Shown here: piece by piece, positions 28,251 to 38,304 of the stretch
How positions within the stretch are numbered: the first letter of the stretch is position 1
How the letters are laid out: every line of letters begins with the position of its first letter
Assembly: GCA_965203875.1 (NCBI GenBank)
Contig: OZ241914.1
Location: 1,521,589-1,585,588, forward strand
Length of the DNA: 64,000 bases
Source: Bdellovibrionales bacterium
GTDB taxonomy: Bacteria > Bdellovibrionota > Bdellovibrionia > Bdellovibrionales > JAUICD01
Direction of reading: 5' to 3'
Notes under the pieces: generated by a model
The model's database searches: none
The model's input: the letters and a program-made list of their open reading frames with translations, nothing else
What the model was told of the DNA's origin: nothing
Program-made: the position numbers and the translations under genes

Positions 28251-29311
28251 CCGCCACCTACTAATTGCCTACCTCTATAAAATACAGCAGCTTGCCCTGG
28301 TGTAACAGCTCTTTGGGGTGTTTCAAATTCGACCTGTGCAGTAGCATCGTTAATATTTTCTAATTTACACCAGGCTCCTTCGTGATGATATCTGATCTTT
28401 ACTTTCAGCCTCTCATTGTCGACCACTCTATCGAGCAGATTTATTTTTTCTATAGTCATAGATTTAGAATGCAAATATTCTTCCAAAGCTAGCCATACAG
28501 TAGAGCCTTCGATCTTTAACACATAAAGTGGTTCTGTATACCCTGATACACCGACGCCCTTACGCTGACCGTACGTAAATTTGTGCACTCCATCGTGTGT
28601 TCCTATGATTTCACCACTTGGATACAGACGAATTTGACCACTGGAAATCAAATTGCTATCCACCGTATCATCAATAAACTTGGCATATCCTTGTTTGCCA
28701 ATAAAGCATATTCCTGTACTATCCTTTTTCTTGGCGTTTAACAGGCCTCTTTTGGTAGCAAGTTTTCTTACATCCGCTTTGTTCATATGACCTATTGGAA
28801 ACATCATTTTAGCCAATAAACTATTATCCAAAGTGAATAAAAAGTAAGTTTGATCTTTAATACTGTCTGTGCTGGTACATATCCCGTATCTATTGTCATT
28901 TAACTTAATCACCTTGGCATAGTGTCCGGTAGCCAAGTAGTCACAATTTAGCTTGTGCATTTTAGATACCAAATGACTAAACTTTAAAAAGGTATTGCAA
29001 TTCACACAAGGCAGCGGGGTTCTTCCTTTAAGATATTCTTTTATAAAAGGATCAATCACACTAATTTTGAACTCTTTTTCACAGTTTAGCACATAAAACG
29101 GTATGTTTAGCTTATCTGCTACATCCCTTGCATCATCTACATCGATACTAGAACAACAAGTTCCATTGCCTTGAGTAGTGCAAGAGTTGGAATAATCCCA
29201 AACTTGCATTGTAACACCAATGACATCAAAACCTTGATCTACCAATATAGAGGCCGCAACAGAGCTATCAACTCCACCACTCATGGCCACCAAAACCCTT
29301 TTCTTGCTCAT
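28238..29311 (-). CDS. mnmA: tRNA 2-thiouridylase MnmA
   Basis: AMSGGVDS, ATGHY, KDQTYFL, TPGQ. Confidence 0.97.
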   Translation of the reverse strand: MSKKRVLVAMSGGVDSSVAASILVDQGFDVIGVTMQVWDYSNSCTTQGNGTCCSSIDVDDARDVADKLNIPFYVLNCEKEFKISVIDPFIKEYLKGRTPLPCVNCNTFLKFSHLVSKMHKLNCDYLATGHYAKVIKLNDNRYGICTSTDSIKDQTYFLFTLDNSLLAKMMFPIGHMNKADVRKLATKRGLLNAKKKDSTGICFIGKQGYAKFIDDTVDSNLISSGQIRLYPSGEIIGTHDGVHKFTYGQRKGVGVSGYTEPLYVLKIEGSTVWLALEEYLHSKSMTIEKINLLDRVVDNERLKVKIRYHHEGAWCKLENINDATAQVEFETPQRAVTPGQAAVFYRGRQLVGGGWIK

Positions 29312-29329
29312 ATTATGTTTCTATGCTTT

Positions 29330-30487
29330 TTATTGCTGATTTGCAATAGTGTATGCACGTCTAACCCTTTTTACAGCATCTCTTAGGGCCTTAGAAAATT
29401 TATCTACCTCTTCTAAAGTGGTATTCCAGCCAAAACTTATCCTTATGGACCTTGTAGCCTCTGAGCTGGAATAGCCCATATTTGTCAAAACTGGGCTAGG
29501 CTCTCCCCTACCAGAACTACATGCTGTTCCGGCACTAACAGCAAATCCCATAACATCCAGATTTATCAACACTGTCTCATTATCGATTCCATCTATGATT
29601 ATATTGGAGGTGTTACAAACACGCATACCATCTTTACCAACTATCTCTATCCCATCCAGATTAATATTTTCTTCAAAGTGATCCCTTAAGTTTTTCATAT
29701 GGGTTATTAATTTTGAAAAATCTTTTTTTAAAACTTCAGACATAGAATGTATCGCAAGTATATTTTCGGTACCTGACCTTCTGGATCTTTCTTGACCTCC
29801 TCCATGTACCAGAGGTTCTATATTCAAGCCAGTTTTTATATAGGTCACACCGCAACCTTTTAAGGCATAGCATTTATGAGAAGCAAAGGTGGCAAAATCC
29901 AAACCAAGATCTGTTACAGAAAGTGGCATTTTTCCTAAGCCCTGCACACAGTCAGAAAAGAACAGCACATTCTTTTTTAAAGCACATTTTACCATTTTTT
30001 TAATTGGATATACTATTCCTGTTTCGCTGTTGACTAACATTTTGCAAACCATAGCAGTATTGTTGCTTATCATTCGGTCATATTTTTCCATGTCTATGCT
30101 GCCTAGTTTGTCTTCAGGTATAAACTCTACTTTTGCTCCAAGTTTTTTTATAAACTCAAATGCTTCTATGGTAGATGGATGCTCTGTTATGCCGCATAAG
30201 TAATGATCACGTCCTGTATTGTTGATTAAGTTGTTAAAGAAAACACCTTTAATTACTTGGTTATTGGATTCACTGCCACCAGAAGTGAATACTATTTCTA
30301 AAGGTGTTGTAGCACCTATTAGTTTTGTTATATTTTTTCTAGCTTCTCTTAAAATTTGTTTTGGTTTTCTAGATTGCGTATGTATCGAGCTAGTGTTTCC
30401 CCAAAAATTTGCAATACTTGCTAAATTATCAGCAACATCGTTGTCTATTGGGGTGGTAGAATTATAATCTAAGTATATGTGCGACAT
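29330..30487 (-). CDS. cysteine desulfurase (IscS/NifS type)
   Basis: YLDYNSTTP, FTSGGSE, ASHK, GGGQE, GTACSS. Confidence 0.93.
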   Translation of the reverse strand: MSHIYLDYNSTTPIDNDVADNLASIANFWGNTSSIHTQSRKPKQILREARKNITKLIGATTPLEIVFTSGGSESNNQVIKGVFFNNLINNTGRDHYLCGITEHPSTIEAFEFIKKLGAKVEFIPEDKLGSIDMEKYDRMISNNTAMVCKMLVNSETGIVYPIKKMVKCALKKNVLFFSDCVQGLGKMPLSVTDLGLDFATFASHKCYALKGCGVTYIKTGLNIEPLVHGGGQERSRRSGTENILAIHSMSEVLKKDFSKLITHMKNLRDHFEENINLDGIEIVGKDGMRVCNTSNIIIDGIDNETVLINLDVMGFAVSAGTACSSGRGEPSPVLTNMGYSSSEATRSIRISFGWNTTLEEVDKFSKALRDAVKRVRRAYTIANQQ

Positions 30488-30517
30488 AATATTTTATCTT
30501 GTTAATCTTTAAACTTT

Positions 30518-31579
30518 ATGTTTATAAAGTTTTATATGGATTATGCGATAACCACTAGATCTTTTGCAAGTGATAATAATTCTGCGGTCATCCCAGAGGT
30601 AATTGATGCAATAAATAGTATAAATAAAAACCATGTAGGGGCATATGGCAACGATCCTATTACAGAAATGACAAAAGAGTTATTTAAGTCTGTGTTTGGT
30701 GATAGTTCAAAAATGTATTTGGCATTTAATGGTACCGGAGCTAATCACCTATGTTTAACACCTTTTTTAAAGTCTTATGAATCAGTTATTTGCTCTGAGC
30801 TTGCTCATATAAATAATGACGAATGTGGTTCTCCTGAACGAATAATAGGCACTAAACTTCTAGCTATACCGACCGATAACGGCAAAATAACTCCGAAAGG
30901 AATTAAAGAAAAGTTAGTAAGGCTTGGTGATCATCATCATGTACAACCAAAAGTTATTAGCATAACCCAACCTACTGAAGTCGGAACCTTGTATACAATA
31001 GAGGAGCTACAAGACATATGTAAAACAGCAAGAGATAATGGCCTTGTGGTACATATGGACGGTACACGACTAGTAAATGCTGCTGCGTCCTTGAATTGTT
31101 CATTAAAGGAATTAACAAACGATGTTGGAATTGATTCTTTGTCATTTGGTGGTACGAAAAATGGATTGCTCTTAGCAGAAGCATGTGTATTTTTTAATTC
31201 TTACAACAACAGCTCAATTCCGTACTATCAAAAACAGCTTTTACAATTACCTGGAAAGTCCAGATTTGTTGCAGCACAGTTATATGCATTTTTATCCAAT
31301 GATACCTGGTTAAAATATGCAAAACATTCTTTAAAAATGGCAAAGCTATTAGAAAAAGAGATTATAAAATTAGGTATAACCATAACCCAAAAGGTACAAA
31401 CCAATATGGTGTTTGCTAAAATACCAAAAAAAGCCTTGAAAAAAGCAAGAGAGAATTATTTTTTCTATGTATGGGATGAAATTCCAGAAGAGGATATGTA
31501 TGAGGTAAGATGGGTCACTACCTTTGATACAACCGAGGAAGATATTCAAAATTTTGTAGATAATCTAAGCTTCTTTTAG
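30518..31579 (+). CDS. ltaE: low-specificity L-threonine aldolase
   Basis: FASDN, HMDG, SFGGTKNG; the start may be 30536. Confidence 0.88.
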   Translation: MFIKFYMDYAITTRSFASDNNSAVIPEVIDAINSINKNHVGAYGNDPITEMTKELFKSVFGDSSKMYLAFNGTGANHLCLTPFLKSYESVICSELAHINNDECGSPERIIGTKLLAIPTDNGKITPKGIKEKLVRLGDHHHVQPKVISITQPTEVGTLYTIEELQDICKTARDNGLVVHMDGTRLVNAAASLNCSLKELTNDVGIDSLSFGGTKNGLLLAEACVFFNSYNNSSIPYYQKQLLQLPGKSRFVAAQLYAFLSNDTWLKYAKHSLKMAKLLEKEIIKLGITITQKVQTNMVFAKIPKKALKKARENYFFYVWDEIPEEDMYEVRWVTTFDTTEEDIQNFVDNLSFF

Positions 31580-31635
31580 CCGCAAAAGGCTTTTGGTTTT
31601 GCAAAAACTAATTAGTTGGTGTAAGGCTAGCTGTC

Positions 31636-32064
31636 ATGTTGATTTTTAAGGCATTACATCTAATCACTATGGTTTGCTGGTTTGCCGGTTTGTTTTATAT
31701 GTTCAGGCTGTTTGTATACCATACAAAAAATCAGGCTAATGAAGATAACACAAAATTACTAAAGCAAATGGCATTTAAGCTATACTACTACATAACCACA
31801 CCCTCTATGGTTTTAACGTTACTGTTTGGACTGCTGTTATTAATGCATGTTCCTATATATATTAATGTTCCTTGGTTTCATCTAAAGATGCTTTTTATAC
31901 TTATCTTGCTTATCTACCATTACTTTGTAGGCTACACACTACATAAATTTATGAAAGATGATATTTTTTTGTCAGAAAAACAGTGTAGAATTATAAATGA
32001 AGTTCCAACTTTACTTTTGATAATAATAATTGGACTTGCGGTACTAAAACCAAACTTACTATGA
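31636..32064 (+). CDS. hemJ: protoporphyrinogen oxidase HemJ
   Basis: KALHLI...WFAGLFY..RLFVYH, NEVPT. Confidence 0.9.
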   Translation: MLIFKALHLITMVCWFAGLFYMFRLFVYHTKNQANEDNTKLLKQMAFKLYYYITTPSMVLTLLFGLLLLMHVPIYINVPWFHLKMLFILILLIYHYFVGYTLHKFMKDDIFLSEKQCRIINEVPTLLLIIIIGLAVLKPNLL

Positions 32065-34739
32065 CACAAACTTATGATCCAAAAACATTAGAAAGAAGAA
32101 TCTATAAACTATGGGAAGATGAAGGTTATTTTTCACCTACATTGGATGCTAAAAAACCTAAATTTTGTATCATGCTCCCTCCTCCTAACGTCACTGGCTC
32201 CTTGCATTTGGGGCATGCCTTGGATCATACAATACAAGATGTGTTGATCAGATGGCGTAGAATGAAAGGGTTCGACACTCTATGGCAGTCTGGGTGTGAT
32301 CATGCCGGTATTGCTACACAAAGTGTGGTTGAGAGGCACTTAGCTGAAAAAGGACTTGAAAGAAAAACCTTAGGTAGAGAATCTTTTCTAAAGCATGTAT
32401 GGGAATGGAAGACCAAATACGAAGATCGCATTATCAATCAAATGAAAAAATTAGGTGATTCTTGTGACTGGAGCAGGAACAGGTTTACAATGGATGATGG
32501 CCTATCTAAGGCTGTAAAAAAAGTTTTTATCAATTTATATAATGAAGGTTTGATTTATAAAGGTAACAAGTTAGTCAACTGGGACACTAAGTTAGAATCT
32601 GCAATATCAGATTTAGAAGTGGAACACCTGAATAAAGATGGATATTTGTGGCATGTCAAATATCCAATAGTAAATAGCGATGAATACTTGGTTGTAGCTA
32701 CGACCAGACCAGAAACTATTCCTGGTGACACTGCCCTTGCTGTAAACCCAAAAGATAGTAGGTATACAAAATACGTAGGTAAAAAAGCTAGTCTAAAGCT
32801 AGTTGATAGAGAGATAAAGATTATTGTCGATGACTTTGTGGATCAAAACTTTGGCTCTGGAGTAGTTAAAATAACTCCTGCACATGATTTCAAAGATTAT
32901 GAGGTAGGACTAAGACATAATTTAGAAATGATAAACATATTAAATCCAAACGGAACCTTAAATAGTAACGTTAAAAAATATGAAGGGCTTACGACATTAA
33001 AAGCCAGGAAAGTAATTTTAGATGATCTAGCTAAGCAGAACCTAATAGTGAAAAAAGAAAAATATAGTGTAACAACTCCTGTAAGCCAAAGAACAGGCGA
33101 GATAGTAGAACCTTATTTATCTAAGCAATGGTTTGTATCTACCAAAGATATTTCTACTCCTGCAAAAAATGTGGTAGAAAAAAAATCAATTTCATTTGAA
33201 CCTGAGCACTGGAGCAAAACGTATCTACATTGGATGAATAATATACAGGATTGGTGTATATCAAGGCAGCTTTGGTGGGGGCATAGAATCCCAGCTTGGT
33301 ATTGTAGTAAGTGTGATGAAATTATGGTTTCAGAATCAGCTCCAAAAGTATGCAAAAATTGTAACTCCAAAGATCTGTACCAAGATAACGATGTATTGGA
33401 CACTTGGTTTAGCTCAGCATTATGGCCATTTAGTACCTTAGGTTGGCCTGAACCAACACAAGAACTAAAAACTTTCTATCCAACAAGTGTTCTGGTAACA
33501 GGTCACGATATAATATTTTTCTGGGTGGCCAGAATGATCATGTCAGGGTTACATCATACAAAAGATATTCCGTTTAAAAAAGTTTTTGTTCATGGAATAA
33601 TACGAGATGAAAAAGGTAAAAAAATGTCCAAATCCTTGGGCAACACACTGGATCCTCTAGACTTAATAGAAAAGTACGGTGCAGATGCTTTAAGAATTAC
33701 ACTTATGTCGCAGGTGTATGGTGGAAATGACATTAAATTTTCAGAAAAAAGATTGGAAGGATATAGAAATTTTTTAAACAAGGTTTTCAATGCCAATAAA
33801 TTTTGTATGTCATTTCATGATAAAAACACCCAAAAAAATAATACTATTATTAAAAAAGATATCTCTATATACGATAGATGGATCATACAAAAATTAGTTG
33901 GTGTATATCAACAGATAGACTCATATCTTGAAAAATTCAAATTTGCTGAATCTGTATCTACAATATATTCATTCGTATGGAATGACTTTTGCGACTGGTA
34001 TCTAGAACTAATAAAACCTATACTCTACAAAGGTAAAAATAATAACAAAGTTGCAACTCTTAATGTACTAACCGAGGTTTTAAATAGAATATGCAGAATA
34101 GCTCACCCAATAATCCCACATATAACTGAAGATATTTACCAAAAACTGCCAATAAAAAATAAGGCATGCATAGTAGATAGTTACCCTACAAAAGAAAATG
34201 ACACACTTACATCTTTACAAGGTACAGATGTATTAAAAGAAATAGATGACATGATTTTATTAATCACTTCAATTAGAAATATAAGAAGTACAAATAATAT
34301 CTTTCCAAAAAATAAAATAGTAGTTAAAATACTGGTAGAATCTCACAAAGATTATTTTGAAAAAATAATAAGAGCACACAAAAATTCTATAGAAGGTATG
34401 TCTAATAGTGATTTATCAGTAGAAAATGAAGATACATTAAGGTTAGAAAAAAACTCTATTATTGGATATTTTCAAAATAAACCATACTATCTTGCTAAAT
34501 TTACTGAGATCAATAAAACTTCCGTTAAATTTTATATTCCAGCTCAGCTAGTTGTAGAAAAATTTGATAAAACTTCTAAAAAAATTAAAGATGAAATACA
34601 AACCCTAAAAATAAAACTTCAAAATCAATCTTTTATAGAAAAAGCTCCTAAAGATATAGTCGAACAGGCACAAGAAAAATTGCGTAGTTTAGAACAAGAG
34701 TTTGAGCTAATTGATTCATTAAAAAAGCTAGACAAATGA
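32061..34739 (+). CDS. valS: valyl-tRNA synthetase
   Basis: PPPNVTG-x-LHLGH, ISRQLWWGH, KMSKS, C-terminal coiled coil. Confidence 0.98.
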   Translation: MTQTYDPKTLERRIYKLWEDEGYFSPTLDAKKPKFCIMLPPPNVTGSLHLGHALDHTIQDVLIRWRRMKGFDTLWQSGCDHAGIATQSVVERHLAEKGLERKTLGRESFLKHVWEWKTKYEDRIINQMKKLGDSCDWSRNRFTMDDGLSKAVKKVFINLYNEGLIYKGNKLVNWDTKLESAISDLEVEHLNKDGYLWHVKYPIVNSDEYLVVATTRPETIPGDTALAVNPKDSRYTKYVGKKASLKLVDREIKIIVDDFVDQNFGSGVVKITPAHDFKDYEVGLRHNLEMINILNPNGTLNSNVKKYEGLTTLKARKVILDDLAKQNLIVKKEKYSVTTPVSQRTGEIVEPYLSKQWFVSTKDISTPAKNVVEKKSISFEPEHWSKTYLHWMNNIQDWCISRQLWWGHRIPAWYCSKCDEIMVSESAPKVCKNCNSKDLYQDNDVLDTWFSSALWPFSTLGWPEPTQELKTFYPTSVLVTGHDIIFFWVARMIMSGLHHTKDIPFKKVFVHGIIRDEKGKKMSKSLGNTLDPLDLIEKYGADALRITLMSQVYGGNDIKFSEKRLEGYRNFLNKVFNANKFCMSFHDKNTQKNNTIIKKDISIYDRWIIQKLVGVYQQIDSYLEKFKFAESVSTIYSFVWNDFCDWYLELIKPILYKGKNNNKVATLNVLTEVLNRICRIAHPIIPHITEDIYQKLPIKNKACIVDSYPTKENDTLTSLQGTDVLKEIDDMILLITSIRNIRSTNNIFPKNKIVVKILVESHKDYFEKIIRAHKNSIEGMSNSDLSVENEDTLRLEKNSIIGYFQNKPYYLAKFTEINKTSVKFYIPAQLVVEKFDKTSKKIKDEIQTLKIKLQNQSFIEKAPKDIVEQAQEKLRSLEQEFELIDSLKKLDK

Positions 34740-36742
34740 AAAATGAGATAAAAGGAATTATCAAAAGACATCCAGATGGTTATGGGTTTTTCGTAGCAGA
34801 TTTAGATCATCCTGACGTTTTTATACCTAGAGCAGGCATGTATGGCGTAATGACAAATGACTCCGTATCGATAGTTGTAACAGGTAGAAAAGACAGAGGT
34901 AGACTCTATGGAAAAATAACTAAAATAATAGAACGCAGTGAAAGCACCGTAATGGGAAAATTTCTAAGGTATAAAAATGGAGGATTAATAGAAGATTCTT
35001 CAAATAGATGGGGTAGTGATATTTACATATCAAAAGAAAATACTTTAGATGCAGAAAATGGAGATTTAGTAGAGGCTGAAATTACCAATTACCCTTCCGT
35101 TAGAAATAGAAAAATTATTGCTAAAGTAACAAAAGTAATAGGCAACGCAGATAATCCTATATATGACGAAAAAAGAGTTATTGTAGAAAATAAAATTCCA
35201 GACGTCTTTAATAAAAAAGTAGAAAATGAGATTTCACACTTAACCAAAATAACTAAAGAAGATAGACAAAAAAGAAAAAAATTGAATTTACCATTTGTAA
35301 CAATAGATGGTGTAGATGCAAAAGATTTTGACGATGCGATATATATTAAAGCTACCACCAGCGGTTTTAATATAGTGGTAGCTATTGCTGATGTAAGCCA
35401 CTATGTTATACAGGATACTGCTATTGACGATGAAGCCTATAGGAGAGGTTTTAGCTCATATTTTCCAAACAGTGTTATACCAATGTTACCTGAAAAATTA
35501 AGTAACAACATTTGTTCTTTAAAACCTTCAGAAGAACGATTGGCCGTTGTGGCAGATATGCAAATTGACTTTAAAGGAATAGTTAAATCTTCAAAATTTT
35601 ATGAAGCAATCATAACAAACTCTAAAAGACTAACGTACGCTCAAGCACAGGATATCATAGATAAAAATGCCAGTTGTAATAAAGAAGTGGATGAATTATT
35701 AACGATAGCAAGAGATGCTACCAAAATTCTGGTAAAAAAACGCATGTCTTCAGGTTCTTTGGATCTAGATATTGAAGAAACTAAACTAATTATAGATAAA
35801 GCAGGAAATCCAATAGATAGTCAAAAATCCAAAAGGCTATTTGCTCATAGGATAATAGAAGAATTTATGCTTTTGACAAACCAAACAGTTGCCAAATTTT
35901 TAAAGAAAAATAGCGTACAAACTTTACATAGAATACATGAGACTCCTGATAAAGAAAACCTGGCAAAAATTGGTAAGTTTATGTTTAATATTGGTCATCA
36001 AGTTTTGATAAAAGAAAAATCATTACAAAAACAAATAAATAAACTTTTAAAACAAGTAAAGAATACTCAATTCGATCAGGTATTTAATATAATAATACTC
36101 AGATCATTAAAACAAGCTTGTTATTCGCCAGAAAGCATAGGTCACTTTGGGCTTAACTTTGAAGATTATTTGCATTTTACATCCCCCATTAGAAGGTACC
36201 CAGATCTAACTATACATAGGCAGCTTAAAAAATGCTTATTTAAAAGTAAGCAAGAAAAATATGATCTAAAGGCTATGTCAGAGCATTTATCTGCATGTGA
36301 GAGAAGAGCAATAAATGCGTCTAGACAATTAATAGGTATTAAAAAAGCCAGGTTGATGCAAGGTAAAATTTCTCAAGAATTCGATGGTATGATAAGTGGA
36401 GTAACAAAGTTCGGTATATTTGTTTTGCTAAGAAACTATGATGTAGACGGCCTGGTTAAAATTGAAACTTTGGATGGATATTTTGTATTTGATGAAGAAT
36501 CCATGTGTCTCAGAGAGAAAAATACTAAAAAAGAGTACAAAATTGGTGATAAAGTTAGGATTATAGTAGCACATGCTGACATAGATAGTGGTAGAATAGA
36601 TTTTGAATTATTAGGAAGTAAAAATGGAAATCATAAAAACATCAAAGCAACTGGCAAAAAACATAAGAAACGTAAAAAGGCTAAAACAAATATTCGGCGT
36701 GTTCGCAAAGCACGGTCTACAAGACATAATAAGAAGGCTTAA
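34736..36742 (+). CDS. rnr: ribonuclease R
   Basis: TIDGVDAKDFDDA, HFTSPIRRYPD, S1 domain, basic tail. Confidence 0.95.
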   Translation: MKNEIKGIIKRHPDGYGFFVADLDHPDVFIPRAGMYGVMTNDSVSIVVTGRKDRGRLYGKITKIIERSESTVMGKFLRYKNGGLIEDSSNRWGSDIYISKENTLDAENGDLVEAEITNYPSVRNRKIIAKVTKVIGNADNPIYDEKRVIVENKIPDVFNKKVENEISHLTKITKEDRQKRKKLNLPFVTIDGVDAKDFDDAIYIKATTSGFNIVVAIADVSHYVIQDTAIDDEAYRRGFSSYFPNSVIPMLPEKLSNNICSLKPSEERLAVVADMQIDFKGIVKSSKFYEAIITNSKRLTYAQAQDIIDKNASCNKEVDELLTIARDATKILVKKRMSSGSLDLDIEETKLIIDKAGNPIDSQKSKRLFAHRIIEEFMLLTNQTVAKFLKKNSVQTLHRIHETPDKENLAKIGKFMFNIGHQVLIKEKSLQKQINKLLKQVKNTQFDQVFNIIILRSLKQACYSPESIGHFGLNFEDYLHFTSPIRRYPDLTIHRQLKKCLFKSKQEKYDLKAMSEHLSACERRAINASRQLIGIKKARLMQGKISQEFDGMISGVTKFGIFVLLRNYDVDGLVKIETLDGYFVFDEESMCLREKNTKKEYKIGDKVRIIVAHADIDSGRIDFELLGSKNGNHKNIKATGKKHKKRKKAKTNIRRVRKARSTRHNKKA

Positions 36743-38291
36743 CCCAAAACTATCACCTAAATTCCTAAGACTGAATCTGGATAAAAAGCTGGATATACCT
36801 GTGGAAGCTAGGATAAGAATGAGCTTTGAAAAACTTGGGCCTGCTTTTATAAAATTAGGCCAGCTATTATCTGTAAGACCGGATCTCATACCTATTGAAT
36901 GGACAAATGAATTTAAAAAACTGCAAGATCAAGTAACCCCTGTAGAATATGAAAAAATCAAACCAGATTTAGATGTTCATTTTAAGGATTTTGAAAAAAA
37001 ATTTTCATCATTTGATAAAAAACCTAAGGCAGCAGCCAGTATAGCACAAGTTCATCATGCCATATTAAAAGATGGCAAGGAAGTTGTAGTAAAAATAAGA
37101 AGACCAAATATTATCAAGCAAATAAATGATGATCTAAACATTATGTATTTTGTAGCAAGCTTGCTACAGAAATATATACCAGAAACAAGAATGTATAATC
37201 CTGTTGGCGTGGTAAGTGAATTTGCTAAAGCATTAAATTTGGAAACTAATTTTGTTGTTGAAGCCAACAACATGATTAAGTTTACACAAAATTTTAAAGA
37301 TAATAAGCATATAAAAATTCCCTATGTGTATGCAGAATTATCAGGGCCACAAATATTGGTCATGGAACGAATCAAAGGTACTCCAATGAGTAAGTTAGAA
37401 AATTCTACAGAAAATGAGTTTGATTCTGTTTTATTGTTTAAAAGAAGTTTAAAGGCATTTTTTCATATGGTATTTCACGATAGATTTTTTCATGGTGACT
37501 TACACGCAGGAAATATTTTTGCCCTTGAAGACAACCAAGTAGCACTGTTGGATTTTGGTGTAGTTGGTAGACTTAGTCATAGAATAAGAGACGCTATACT
37601 AAATATGTTCTTAGCAATAACTATAGAAGATTATGAAACTTTAGCTTATGAATTTGTAGAGCTAGCTCCGTATAATAAAAAAACCAACCTAGAGGCGTTT
37701 TCAAATGATCTTAGAGATCTGATATCTCCACATTTTAACCTGGGCCTTATGCATGTAAACCTGGGAAAAACTTTTATGGAAGCTGCTGCATTAGCTAGTA
37801 GGCATAACATTCAAGTGCCTTCTGATCTTGTGATGTTTTTTAAATCTATATTAACCTTAGAAGGTGTAGGTAAAGGATTGAGCACAGAGTTTGACTTACT
37901 TTCTGAAGCCACAGAATTTACAAAGGACGTCTTTAAAATAAAGTATGATCCAACTTACTTTACAAAAAATCTAAGCGTTTTTGCTAAGGATTCAAGAAGG
38001 TTAATTGCAAAACTTCCTAGAGAAGCTAATCAACTTATAAAAAAGTTCAATGATCCTGAACATAGATTTAATTTAGAAGTACATGATCTATTTAAATTCT
38101 TAAAAGTGGTTGAGAAGTCTGCAACTTTGATATTTTTAGGTGTTGTTATAGGGTGCCTTTTGATCGGTTCTTCAATAGCATTAAATTATGATATTGGAAC
38201 AAAACTGTTTGGCTTGCCTATATTAAGCAGCATCGGTTTTTGTTTGGCATTTTTCCTAAGTATGGTAGCAGTGTACAACTATATAAAATAA
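36624..38291 (+). CDS. AarF/UbiB family atypical kinase
   Basis: LGPAFIKLGQ, AASIAQVH, VVVK, FHGDLHAGN, LDFG. Confidence 0.92.
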   Translation: MEIIKTSKQLAKNIRNVKRLKQIFGVFAKHGLQDIIRRLNPKLSPKFLRLNLDKKLDIPVEARIRMSFEKLGPAFIKLGQLLSVRPDLIPIEWTNEFKKLQDQVTPVEYEKIKPDLDVHFKDFEKKFSSFDKKPKAAASIAQVHHAILKDGKEVVVKIRRPNIIKQINDDLNIMYFVASLLQKYIPETRMYNPVGVVSEFAKALNLETNFVVEANNMIKFTQNFKDNKHIKIPYVYAELSGPQILVMERIKGTPMSKLENSTENEFDSVLLFKRSLKAFFHMVFHDRFFHGDLHAGNIFALEDNQVALLDFGVVGRLSHRIRDAILNMFLAITIEDYETLAYEFVELAPYNKKTNLEAFSNDLRDLISPHFNLGLMHVNLGKTFMEAAALASRHNIQVPSDLVMFFKSILTLEGVGKGLSTEFDLLSEATEFTKDVFKIKYDPTYFTKNLSVFAKDSRRLIAKLPREANQLIKKFNDPEHRFNLEVHDLFKFLKVVEKSATLIFLGVVIGCLLIGSSIALNYDIGTKLFGLPILSSIGFCLAFFLSMVAVYNYIK

Positions 38292-38304
38292 AGTTTATAA
38301 AACT

